Shown in pieces: positions 12,716-23,833 of a stretch of DNA of 64,000 nucleotides. This DNA is from Tubulanus polymorphus (Eukaryota; Animalia; Nemertea), in the NCBI RefSeq assembly GCF_964204645.1, contig NC_134027.1, forward strand, positions 17,694,560 through 17,758,559. Reading direction: 5' to 3'. Position numbers and translations under genes: made by a program. The notes under the pieces were generated by a model. The model saw nothing but the letters and a program-made list of their open reading frames with translations. It was not told the origin of the DNA and did no database searches. Position 1 is the first letter of the stretch. The number at the start of each line of letters is the position of its first letter.

Positions 12716-15198
12716 ATCTGTTCCGATGAAACTGTACAATGGTGACGAGCAATTACCCATATTCAAAGAGGGCAAAGAATTGGATATCGACACTGTATGT
12801 ACTACTTTACTCAACGAAAATATTATAAAGTGTACCAAAGTTCCGTATTGTGTTGATAAAAATGTCGTTTTTATCATTGATTTAAAAAGAGTTCCATTTG
12901 CTGATATAAAATGTGATGGAAATGGTGTTTATATTCATAAAGGGAAAACTATATTAAATATTGTAAACAATGGTCAGAAATATTCCATGACTAAGCAGAA
13001 AATTGAATGTAATTTATACCTTTACAAGACCTACTACAGGCACAAATATGATGTAGACCATTCTAGGAAGCTAATGTATTTAACCGACAAGAATGGTACT
13101 ATAGCCAACAGTTCAGTATTAATTCAGTATTCATTTGACAATGAAGAACATCCGATATCTGCTAGACCCCATGGAAATTCTAAGACTAATCAAAAACCTC
13201 ATACGAGAGTTAAACCCTCTATTGTAACTGCAACTAAGGAAAATATGCTTGGACAAACATCTGCTGAATCTATATCTGTATCGTCAGTATTAACTGCTGA
13301 TTCCCAAGCTGATTTAGCCACAAGAGGTTTATCCTATAAAGTTAGACAAAGTAAAAAAGGTATTACTCATTGCCATGAAAACGATGAATTAGCAGTATTA
13401 ATGGACCTGGCTAAGGGTGAACTAAAGGAGTTTATTCAGTTTTTGGGGGTTCACCCCAACGTCGCTGCAGTTCTTTTTTTTAATGAGCAGTTAGATGATA
13501 TGTTTAAGTTTTCATCTGATCCAATTGATTTTGCACCTATTTCAGTTAATCCCACATTTAAATTTGGAAGGTTTCATGTAACCCCGATCACATATAAGAA
13601 TTTAATGCTTCAATGTAAAAGATCAGCAGAATCACCTATATTCACAGGCCCCGTTTTGCTTCATTTCACTAAGAAAAAAGACGATTACGGGACCCTTTTT
13701 CGAACATTAACTGAAAAGCATGATCTAAAAGACATTATAGCTTTCGGTACTGATGGGGAAACCGAACTTTTTCAGGCAGTATCGTCTTATTTTCCAAATG
13801 CTTTGCATTTACGTTGTACCAGACACTTTAAAAAAAATGTTATAAGTAAGTTAAGTAGTATTGGTCTGGATCAAAATTCTAGTAATGAAATTCTAGCTAG
13901 TATTTTTGGAAATGATAGTATAAATGCATTGATTAATTCCCGTACTGCGGATGAATGTGATATTCAATTTAAGAAACTGGAAATTCGTTGGAATGAATTA
14001 GATAAGTCTAAAAAATTTTCAAAGTACATGAATGAAAATCTATCCATGATTAAGAGTTGTTTTATTTCTAATGTAAGACAAAATGCAGGAATGGGTGATC
14101 CACCTTCCTACTTTTATACTAACTCTTCGGAGAGCACGAATTCTAGAATGAGGAACTGGATGCAAAACAGATAGTTGGGTTTATGTGCTTTTATTAAATC
14201 GTTAAAAAATATGATTCTGAGTGAAAGGGAAGAGTTATACCGAGCGTTTTCTAATGTTTCCGAACGATATGTCGTAAGGGATGAATTTAAATCAGTTGTT
14301 TGTAAAAATATATTTCAATTGACGCACCCACAGCGCATAGAGCATTTGAAAATGGTCCAATCATTAACGATGCATGAACTTTATAATCGCGTGGATTCAA
14401 ATCTGATTACTATACCATCTTTAAACATATCCATATCCGTTAAAGATGCTAAAGATAAATATGGAGTTCAGATTGAGTCATTGTTATTTTCAATTTGGAA
14501 AAAAGCTGATAATATTTTGTCATCTTCAAATGCTTATTGCCTGTGCCCCTTCAAATAATCCATTGATTAAGAAGTTCAGTGTTATAAGCGATACTTCGAT
14601 AACAAATAATTCGGTTAATGTTAATGTGCAAAGTGGCAATTGTTTCTGTACGTGTAAACAGTTTTCCTTCCATTCCCTTTGTTCACATTCAGTTTCAGCT
14701 GCCGAAAAAGCAGCAAGTCTTGGTCAGTATTTGAAGTGGCACAAAAGTAGTAAAAAAAGAACAAACTTATTTAAAATTGCAACATCTAGTGTAAATTTAC
14801 AGTCTTGTGGAACCAAAGGTAACCAAACCAGGAGATGTGGTTCTTCAGGTTCGACATCGCAGCAATGCGACTCCCTTAATTTGGATGATTTTTCAGTAAC
14901 CTTTTTACAAGGTTTAATAAAAAAATGTTATGGCTGCGGTAAAGAGTTCCGTAATTCAGAATCAACTAATTGTGACCTTATTGTTAGAAAATGGGATTTC
15001 AGAACGTATAAACATCCCCACACTGGTGAATTAACGAAATCCAATAAACCCCAAAGAACCTATTATCACTTAAATTTGCATTGTATTAGAAACAAATATC
15101 GGTCATTTTCAACTCGGTCCCTTTCTGTTAGTACAGAGGTTCAACACCAAATGTCACCAGAACAGATATCTCAGTTAAACTCATTTCTAGAATCTTAA
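12716..15198 (+). pseudogene. MULE DDE transposase with SWIM finger and C-terminal Cys/His finger (last exon of the fusion gene), disabled
   Basis: Acceptor at 12715 is in frame with ORF 12726. ISVNPTF (N at the expected first catalytic D), GTDGE, CTRH (CxxH), TNSSESTN (E), SWIM CTCKQFSFHSLCSH, CYGC...HLNLHC. Premature TAG at 14172-14174 and a +1 frameshift near 14535. Confidence 0.9.
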
Positions 15199-15279
15199 GA
15201 ATGTGATTACTTAGCGTATCTAATGTTGATGTTACTGCAGTCAATTCATAAATGTTAAACAATTTTCTCTATTTTCAGA

Positions 15280-15445
15280 ATAATCATAAAGGATTACAGG
15301 TAAAGCGTTGTGAAGTACGCCTAGCCGTCTTCCGAAATCATAAAGGATTACAGGTAAAGCGTTGTGAAGTATGCTTAGCCGTCTTCCGAAATTGTAAAAG
15401 ATTACAGGTAAAGCGCTATGAGGTACGCCTAACCTTCCGAAATCT
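15280..15445. repeat. 54-bp tandem repeat x3
   Basis: Unit AATCATAAAGGATTACAGGTAAAGCGTTGTGAAGTACGCCTAGCCGTCTTCCGA repeated with few changes. Confidence 0.9.
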
Positions 15446-15984
15446 TCGGTAGGCGTTAACAAGCCTAGCTACATTTTTATCAGAAAATAACCACAGATAA
15501 TTCTGGACTTAGAACATGCCAGGACGGAATTTGGTAGAATTGTATTTCAAACGCATTTCATTATTTTCTGATATAATTCTAGTTGAAGGTTATAACAAAT
15601 CAATACGCAAATGTATAAAAATAATATAATATATGTAAATACGTCATCATGTTACATCCCAAATTTTTTTTAGTTGAGCTTACAGTTTTGAGTTAGTGTA
15701 ATAAGCTTTGAATTAATGTTCTAAAATTCTGTCCTGGTATTATTTAGGTCTGGCATTTTCACAGCTGTTATTTTCTAGCGACCTGCACTAGATTTCATGC
15801 ACACTGTTGTACTTCATACTTTCTCAATATTATACATATTTCTTTCTGAATACTGTTTTTCTTTGGTTAGGTGGAGTTAAACGTTATATTCATTTTTTAT
15901 TATCTTACTTCACTGGTGATGGATATGTATTGGTGGCCCTTTTTGGTTTTTCTGTAAAATCCTTTCATTAATAGGGCTGAGTAC

Positions 15985-16832
15985 GGTTGTAGGTAAAAAT
16001 CCCCTAGGTAATAATCCCCCAGGTAAAAATCCCCAATTATTCAAAGTAGGTAAAAAATCCCCACTTCACATCTAGAGAACATTTTAAAGCAAGATATTTC
16101 TCAAGTACTATCCATTTATTATCATTTTTACTAAATTTATTATCATTATTTCTGCCTTTTTGCGATTGAATTTTTTTCTTCCTTAAATTTGTAGCTTTGT
16201 ATGGATTTAACTGTATTTTGTTTAGCATTTAAGTTTATCTTAATAAAGTCAATGGTCAAAAATCATTTATAGGAAAAACGAAGATAAAGAAACAAAATCT
16301 AGTAAACGTAGTTACTATTTATTGTGAATAACTGGTTAGCTAACTTACTCAAAATTAATGAGTGACAAGCTAACTTACTCAATTAATTAGTGACAATACT
16401 TTTTAAACTTCAAAATCTATTTCATGAGCCATTTTTAACTTGTGATATGTTATTTAAGCTGTGCGATATCAATGAACTTTTAATTTGGAGTGCTTTTTGA
16501 AATTTAAGATCATGATATGTTTGAACTCTGCGATGACCTCTTTTTTTCTTTTTAACTTATATTTTCTGCGATACAGTATTAATGAAGTACCAATTTGTAA
16601 TTTTTTTGTGATTTACTATGTGATGCGATTTTGTAAATTAATTAACTTCTAATTTTATATTTTTCATTCAAATACGATAACTTCTATATTCATGATATTT
16701 CTATTTAACGTAACTAAATAGAATATATTAATACAAATAAATTGACCTTAAAATTGTATCTAATCTGGACTCCATTCAAAAGGTGGGGGATTTTTACCTA
16801 CTTTGAATAATTGGGGATTTTTACCGCTAACC
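15985..16832. mobile_element. Non-autonomous MULE-like element nested in the large MULE
   Basis: Ends GGTTGTAGGTAAAAATCCC...GGGATTTTTACCGCTAACC with subterminal AGGTAAAAATCCC repeats. 8-bp TSD CTGAGTAC at 15977-15984 and 16833-16840. Another end of this family at ~25945-26041. Confidence 0.85.
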
Positions 16833-17732
16833 CTGAGTACTGCTAGGCCCTATATCTCAAGTTAGAAGGCCATAAGCGAGTCTGGCAGTTCTAAAGTTTC
16901 TTCTAATAAAGTTTGTTTTAAAGATCTCTACATTTTGTATTTGTTCATTTACGATGGAATAGTTGAGCTGAACACCAATGAAATACAAGTATTTAAGAAC
17001 AAAGAATTAAAATTCGTTTTCTTATTTTATGGAGGATAATATTCTATTTATTGGACGATATGTCTACACGATATGTCTTTCATTCTCAATCACGATGTCC
17101 CTAAAAATGAAATTGAGTCCATGGCGATCGTCGAAAATCAACGCAAATCAACACCCCTGGACACCAATTGTTTTGGTATAACCTTCAAAAATCAGTTCGT
17201 CGAATGCCGGTACCTACCATACCTCTAAGTGACTATTTACCCTGATGTTAAATTTTATTCTAAAGATCATGAAAATATAGATCGTCAAAGCTTAGCTTTA
17301 TTAAAATGGCCTTCTTCTTTCGTGAAACTGAATGATAAAGATATTTTGTATTGTACAGTAGCTCTGCCCAAAACGGTAACGGTCTATTCGGTAATCCGTT
17401 CATATTGGCAGAATGATAAAAAATATTTCCACTGTTTGTTACCGTGTCTGTCGTATGTAATCGTGATATTACTCGGAAGCAATAAATCTGAATTGAATTG
17501 TCTATACCGGTATTATTTTGTATGCTACTACTGTATTTGAAAAGGATATACCTATGTATTAATATGAAAATAATCTAGGCCTTTTATTATTTACTTGTTC
17601 TCAGACGAACTGCCGTTTACCGCTGACCATTAGACCCGATGCGCTATATACTCCGCAATCTCGAGTATCCGGTATCCGGTATTTAGGTGTCCGGTATCCG
17701 GTATCCGTGATATTCGAACAGCCGTGTAAATC

Positions 17733-18360
17733 AAACCTATTCCACAAGTTGCGTGTGTTTCCTAATAAACGGGAGAGTCACTCTTGATCTGAGTTATTAG
17801 AACTAGGGGTCCAGGGACACCATGCCCACTTGGGAAGTGGTTCCAAATGCTCAACAATCTAACAATTCAGGTATCAAAGGTATAAAACATCCCTTTTCAA
17901 AGAATACCCATCACAAACTGCAATGAGAAATGGCAAACTCAGAATTCGGGCCAAAATTGACATTTTTGGACACTAAAAAAGGTCATAGGACGGCCATCTT
18001 GAGTTCGTATCCCAATTTTTGTTATGCTGATGGGCCCAGGGGGCATTCACATATATCCGAAAGATCAAGGTAATTGATCAAAGCATCTTCAAAATTTCCC
18101 TCAAAAAGTTCAAAAATGTGTAAAAAGTTTTGATTTTGGCGAATAACAATGGCTGCCAGTCGGCCATCTCGATTCTGACAGCCAGTTTTTGGGCTGAAGA
18201 TGTGTATAGGGTAGATACATGTGTAACCCAAATATCAAGACATTACATTGAAGCGTCTTCGAAACTTCCTAAAATAACTGATTTCTGATGACGGATGGAC
18301 GACGGACGAAAAGTGAACGCAATAGCCCGCTGGGACTAAAGTCCCAAGTGGGCTAAAAAT
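17733..18360 (+). repeat. Helentron/HINE-like non-autonomous repeat (3' part), host of the MULE insertion
   Basis: (GACG)n-like microsatellite, then hairpin GGGACTAAAGTCCC and GGGCTAAAAA end. The same family recurs at ~47900-48641 (shared GGGGTCCAG...AAATGCTCAACAATCT and AAAGTCCCAAGTGGGCTAAAAA). Confidence 0.55.
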
Positions 18361-19186
18361 AATGTTCATTTAGTTATAGAAATTCATTGCCTTTTTGGAG
18401 TTTCTGTAATAATATTTGTTCTGCCCTAATTTTTATTACTGTATGAACCAATGATATGCCTTGTAAATATGATGTAATAAAATAAATTTGAATTAAATTT
18501 GAACATGAGAATCAAGCATAACTTGTGTTTTTTCAACTTGTCTTTTGTTAACAGTTCCAGAGTTTCAATTACAATCAAATCCAAATTGGCTAAAAAGTAC
18601 ATAGGACTAAATGAAATTAACCGTTAGTTACTGCAAACCTATTCCAGTGTTATGTCGATCGTGTTGAATCACTTTCCTTGAGTTAAAAGAATCAGATCTT
18701 CTATGGTACAACATCGGTCGAAGAGAGATATCTTGGCGTTGACGGTCCTTGACCATCTAACCTCATGCGTTTGACATTGGAATCAGCATCATACCCATTT
18801 GAACTGCAAAATATTCATACAACATGAAAACCTACAGTACATGTATACAGTAATCAAACTTTCACCGATGTTGGATATTTGAATGAACATTAGGTTTATT
18901 TCAGTATTCTATAGCAGGAAATAATAAGCCCAATCAATAGGCCCTATTCCCATTGGAACAATTGTATAATGCGTACAGCTGTACCGTACACTTATCAGTC
19001 AAGAATGGAGAAATCGGTATACCAAACCTACGAACAGCAAAATGTACAGGCCTACAATGATTTCTGGTATACAAGCCGTGACCACATTGACTATTAATGT
19101 CAGCAGGTCAGAGAAGGCCCGGCCAAATTTAATCACATGGCTCAAATCAATTAGCCTTTCTGCGTGTGAATACTTCATTGTATTGT

Positions 19187-19349
19187 GGGATCATTCATTT
19201 ATTACGTACGCATTAGGGGAGGGGGAGGGGTCAGGGCAATTACGTACTGTAATGCTTAATGTACATGAAAAAATGGCAGATTTTGCGTACAGAGGGAGAG
19301 GGGGGTTGAAATAAGCAAATTTTATGCGTACGTAATAAATAAATATTCC
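19187..19349. mobile_element. Second copy of the Harbinger-type MITE
   Basis: Aligns with 9549-9690 (GATCATTCATTTATTACGTACGCATTAGGGG...TACTGTAATGCTT...GAAAAAATGGC). Confidence 0.65.
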
Positions 19350-19562
19350 TGTTTTAAAAATAGGCCTATCGAGTGAATTAGTACATAGACTGAATTAGAC
19401 TTTAGATTAGTCCTGGCCAAATCCTATCCATGTTATAATTGCACCAGTTATAGTAACATCATTGTAGGAGGATGACCGCCGACGAGAGGGAAAAAGTTGT
19501 GTTTGTAGTACATAGGCATGGTAGGCTTGTCGTACTCACTTAATACCCGGTACTTAAAACGC

Positions 19563-20230
19563 TGTTGTTACCTGTACGTGACTGTACGGTGATTTCTACA
19601 GGTTAGCCGTATGTGAGTATGTTGACGCTCAGACTTGCAATATTGGGATTCGAAACCAAACGAAAAAAAAAATCCAGTTGCAGTCCAGTGATTTACCCAC
19701 TGTGCCACAGAACGTAACTGCAGGGTGGATGAAATTTGATTTACAAATAGCCTAGCCTCACCTAACCCAAACTCTATTCTTTCACGCATGCACGTTTGCA
19801 GATTATAGGAACTCACGGCCTTTTTAGGGAACGTACGGTTAACCTGTGGATATCACCGTACAGTCACTGGCACGTACGGGTAACAACTTCGTACTTAAAA
19901 AATGGTAATTGGCGGTAAAAGTGCAGATCCGCACCTCTCGTGATTGACGCAATCTGCTGAATGACAGAATCCTGGCTAAAATCTTTCTACTCTCTCTAGT
20001 GAAGATATCTTAAAATTAACCAATGGCAACGTACTGAATTGCTGATGACATTCTGAATCTGAAACAATGATATTTAACGTAATTGATTGAACCGTTTACG
20101 CGGAGAGGTGCGGAGCTGCACTTTTACCGTATTGGCTACTAGAGGAACTCACGTACGGCGTTAGTAGGGAACTCACGTACGGTTAACCTGTGGAGATCAC
20201 CATACAGTCACGTACGAGTAACAACTACGT
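19563..20230. repeat. Cluster of small inverted-repeat elements (MITEs)
   Basis: GTTACCTGTACGTGACTGTACGGTGAT (~19566) is inverted against ~19830-19887 and ~20170-20226. Nested element 19914-20128 has TIR GGTAAAAGTGCAG-TCCGCACCTCTC and a near-duplicated flank GTA(A)TTGGC. Confidence 0.65.
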
Positions 20231-20799
20231 ACTTACTGGTATTGGCTTCTATATAATAGGCCTATAGACAAATAAATACCCGTACTGCGGTAGGCTTTCT
20301 CTTAGCTTCCACACTTCACAACCGAACCAACTGACCAACCAGTATATTTATTCCCAGTACGCACCAACTGGCACATGCCTAACTGTTTGTCAACTGTGTG
20401 TACCGTAGTAGGCTATCGATAATCACCTGATACTTTTCTGTCGTTTGTTTTCTCTCTCTCTGAGACGAACGTAATTCTAGCAGCCCTCCGCGACTCAACG
20501 ACCTTGATTTAAACTTGATCAATTCAAAATCTGTTTATTGACGCTTTTGGTTACATGAACTGATCAGCAATATACTTAAATGAAATAACCGGAATAACAA
20601 GAAATCAAAAATATTAAAGTGGTAACAAACAAATGTCCGTAAACCTGTCAGACACGCGAACGCCGGACTCGTAAACTCTTGGACTCGGACCCGCTGAGCA
20701 ATAAATTCATAAAATTGACTTTGAAATTGATTGTGGAGAAGAGAGGGAATAATTCGATAGCTCTTCCTCATAAAGAAGAGAGAAATTTCGGAAAGAAAA

Positions 20800-21056
20800 C
20801 ACAACATGGCTACTAATTGAACATGGCTACTAATTTTACGGCTCGACAGTGCCTTTATAACGTGGATTTATCAAAATTTCCATGCAGTATCTGGAGATTG
20901 AAGTGAGCTGAAGGATATCATACGGATTGTATCGGCGACAGCGGTAAGGTAAGGAAGCCTTTACACTTTTAACAAAAACCATGTGGAAAAGGGAAAAAAA
21001 ATAATAATCACGCGAATTTCAATAGGGTTTTCTGTGAAGCAACAGAAAACCCTAAA
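20800..21056 (-). repeat. Interspersed repeat with terminal hairpin (Helentron/HINE-like), homologous to 55215-55520
   Basis: AGGGTTTTCTG-N-CAGAAAACCCT hairpin plus CACGCGAATTTCAATAGGG match the reverse complement of 55272-55500. Confidence 0.65.
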
Positions 21057-21258
21057 AATGAAAATACTTCTGAAATTCCAAAATTGACAATGAAAAAAAT
21101 GGAATAATATTTTAGAAAAAAAGCAAAAAATAATCTCATTTTTAATCAATTAATTATCTCACTACTTTTGTTTATCTATGCAGAGCAATTAAATTGTCCA
21201 GATAAGTCATTTTGGATTCTAGATATTCATTATTTTTATTAATTTATCTTTTTTAAAT

Positions 21259-21585
21259 TTAATCAACAATTTCTAAATCATGATGGCCATCTTCATTTTT
21301 TCCATGATAGATTATTTTAAATCCTTCTAAATCTTTTAATTCCTCTGTACTCAATGAAGCCCATTTATCAGGTAAAAATACTTTAAATTCTCGCGATGTA
21401 CTAACATTACAGTAGCTTAAATTAGCTGATACTTTCTCTCCATATTTAGTTTTTATCTTTTCTAATTTCAATATTTTATGATCAATTTCTTTTGTAACAT
21501 CAACTAACTTTTTTATTTCAAATTGTTTTTTTGCTGGTTTTATTCTGTTATTTATTGTTGTTAAGAATGCTTTTCTATCTCCCAT
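21259..21585 (-). CDS. Polinton-associated small protein, probable OB-fold/SSB-like (108 aa)
   Basis: Intact intronless AT-rich ORF with TAAATG start. KKL...HKILKLEKIKTKYGEKV...FKVFLP...IIYHGK pattern. A paralog lies nearby, split by the DIRS element. Confidence 0.55.
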   Translation of the reverse strand: MGDRKAFLTTINNRIKPAKKQFEIKKLVDVTKEIDHKILKLEKIKTKYGEKVSANLSYCNVSTSREFKVFLPDKWASLSTEELKDLEGFKIIYHGKNEDGHHDLEIVD

Positions 21586-21939
21586 TTATAAGGAAAAAAA
21601 ATTACTTGTGGTGATGAGTGGGGATTACTTCCCCTTGTATATAACAAGCGCGCTATTAACCGTTCTCACCCAAGCCTCACAGCATCTATTTATCCGAGCA
21701 CAGCTGACACGCAATCACTGTACTACAGTAATAGCATACGCGTTAATAACCGTTCTCGGTAGCACCTCGATGTATCGATCTTTCCGCGCGCAGTTGTTGT
21801 TACGCGCACTCAATGTATACATGTATCACAACGCTGTTGACTGTTCTCGGCCTAGCTGTGATGAGTGGTGTCTCGACCTCTCGTATGAAAGCCTACTTTT
21901 CCAATTACTGATACTACACCAAATATAATGCCTTTTACG

Positions 21940-22214
21940 TACTTTTATATTCATTGCAATTTAATTGATCCTAAAAGACATTTGAAGCAACTAAAGATAC
22001 AATTTGTAATTCTGGTTTATTGAATATTCTACCATTAAAAAATGTTAAACAATTTGGAACGCAAATAAATCATAATTTAACTGAATGTGATTTTAAATCT
22101 TGTATTTCACGATTCGATAATTTCAAATTAGAAGTAAGAAATCATAATGGATATTTAATTGCTTTAAATAATTTTCCTGTAATTTATGAATTAATTATAA
22201 GATGTAAAAAGTAA
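21940..22214 (+). pseudogene. Polinton minor capsid (penton-like) protein C-terminal fragment
   Basis: FYIHCNLID then, after a frameshift, ...SRFDNFKLEVRNHNGYLIALNNFPVIYELIIR. This matches the IHCNL and I-x-D/N-x-NG-x-x-I-x-L-N C-terminal pattern of Maverick pentons. Confidence 0.6.
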
Positions 22215-22242
22215 TTTTTTGATATATAAATATGAATAAGTA

Positions 22243-23310
22243 ACGAGACGAGTAGTACCGTATAGGTTAACTATTTATTTGACGCACGAGCTTTCGCTTC
22301 TAATGAATAGAAGCTTCATCAGGTGAATGAGTATAGTCAATGGAAAAACAACAGTATATATAGGTAGACTGACACTAATTACAGAGAACTGAGTGGGAAG
22401 AGTAATTACAAATAAATGACGAGTGACATGATAATTAATAACTAAGTGAGTAGATAATTAATTAATTAATAAAGGAATAACAAACTAGAACAAATCAAAG
22501 AGAAATATATAAAAATGAAACTATATCAAAGTAAAATAAACAGATGGTATCTAAGAGCAACGAATAACAAGAAATGCAAGTTCGAGATAAGTCCAGATAC
22601 AACGAATAACAAACGAAATTACGTTCTGTAGTGAGACATGAATCCTAGATCACGATTGAGGCCAAGATTAACAGTATCACCGCGTTGAATAAGTTTTTGT
22701 TCCATGATTCCGCGCGAATGCTTATTAGAAGTGTTCATTTTATGTAACGCGGTCACTTTAAGGTTACTGATGGTGTGGTTCGGAAGATTGAAATGTTCGC
22801 CGATAGGTTTATCCACTTTCTTGTGTCTGATTGAGTTGACATCTAGATTTGTTACATGGTGCATGTATTTGTTATCTGAGTCTTCTTCGGTGGATAGTTT
22901 GCTGCTGCTGAGGAGTTTTCTTAGGTTTCGATTTTGCCGTTGATGATTTTGACTAGAGTGTCCAAAAAAGGAATTTGAAGAGGCGAGTGTTTGAGGCTGA
23001 GTTCGATGGCTGGATGAAAGTTGGTGAAGTTTCTGTGGAATTCAAGTAGTTTTTCCTGCGTTTTTCATGCCCATGCGTCCAAATGATGAAGCGATTGTAA
23101 AAAAGTGGTGAGTACTGCTGTGTTTGGAGGGAGTCTTCTTCAAGGACAGACATGATTATCTTGGCGTATTGGGGGCCATTCGGGTGCCCATAGCTGTACC
23201 CTTGGTCTGGGTGTAGAGTGATCCGTTGAATTTGAAGAATTTGTGTTTAAGTATGAACTTGGTGAGATCGATGATGGTCTGTGAGTTTTCGTTGCTGTCT
23301 TCTAGAATCA
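22243..23310 (-). mobile_element. Penelope-like element (PLE), truncated and internally deleted
   Basis: RT fragment FILKHKFFKFNGSLYTQTKGTAMGTRMAP...FIIWTHG (23300-22960). GIY-YIG C-terminus KPIGEHFNLPNH...MEQKLIQRGDTVNLGLNRD (22864-22619). 3' end has a hammerhead core and AATAAA. Confidence 0.88.
22285..22325 (-). ncRNA. Minimal type I hammerhead ribozyme of the PLE
   Basis: Minus strand CAC-CTGATGA-A-GCTTCTA-ttcat-TAGAAGC-GAAA-GCTC-GTG: conserved CUGAUGA and GAAA cores, perfect 7-bp helix II, palindromic AGCT for helix III, CAC/GTG helix I. Confidence 0.75.
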
Positions 23311-23833
23311 ACAAATATATATCATGGTGCCCTTTTTCATTCTTACCTTTATATATGAAATAACAATCACCAGAACATAATTCTTCAATATCTTTACTTA
23401 ATAATCTATGAATTCTATCTCACCAGTAATTAGGTCACTACAGAATCCCATGAGATAGCACATGTCGTATCGCCAGTCAGTGTGCATTTGGCTTCGCTAG
23501 AGATCAGTCGTTTTTTTCTCACAGTGTGCTGGAACTGTTCTTGTGTGTTTGTGTGTTACTGGATTTTTAATAGCTATTGGATTTAATTTCTTCGACTGTT
23601 GTTGGATTACTGTTATTAGCGGTTGTACTTGGATATATATTTACTGATCTACGAATAATGGCTGAAAAAAAAGGCTATTATCTGATGACGAGGATGCCCT
23701 TTTGGGCCCTCACAATAAAAATAACCACTCCACTGGGGGGGGGGGGGGACTCATGCCCTGTGAACCCCACTGGGGACTGGGATGAAGAAAAGATGCACCC
23801 CACTGGGGCAAACTTGCCACCATAGAAAAATCT

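Larger units (their letters stand above)
7357..17723 (+). mobile_element. Mutator/MULE DNA transposon, 10.4 kb, carrying a USP-transposase fusion gene
   Basis: TIRs 7357-~7443 and ~17630-17723 (GGCTGTTCGAATATCACGGATACC..., internal GGATACC repeats, one extra unit on the right). Exact 9-bp TSD GTGTAAATC at 7348-7356 and 17724-17732. MULE transposase inside. Confidence 0.95.

Noticed and set aside
15241-15462. Repetitive ORFs on both strands and a CRISPR-like appearance
   Set aside because: Pure tandem repeat with no unique spacers, in a eukaryotic context with no cas genes.
19640-19720. A-box/B-box tRNA-like sequence on the minus strand (similar one at ~54170-54235 plus)
   Set aside because: Degenerate, no acceptor or anticodon stems. 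At most tRNA-derived SINE heads.
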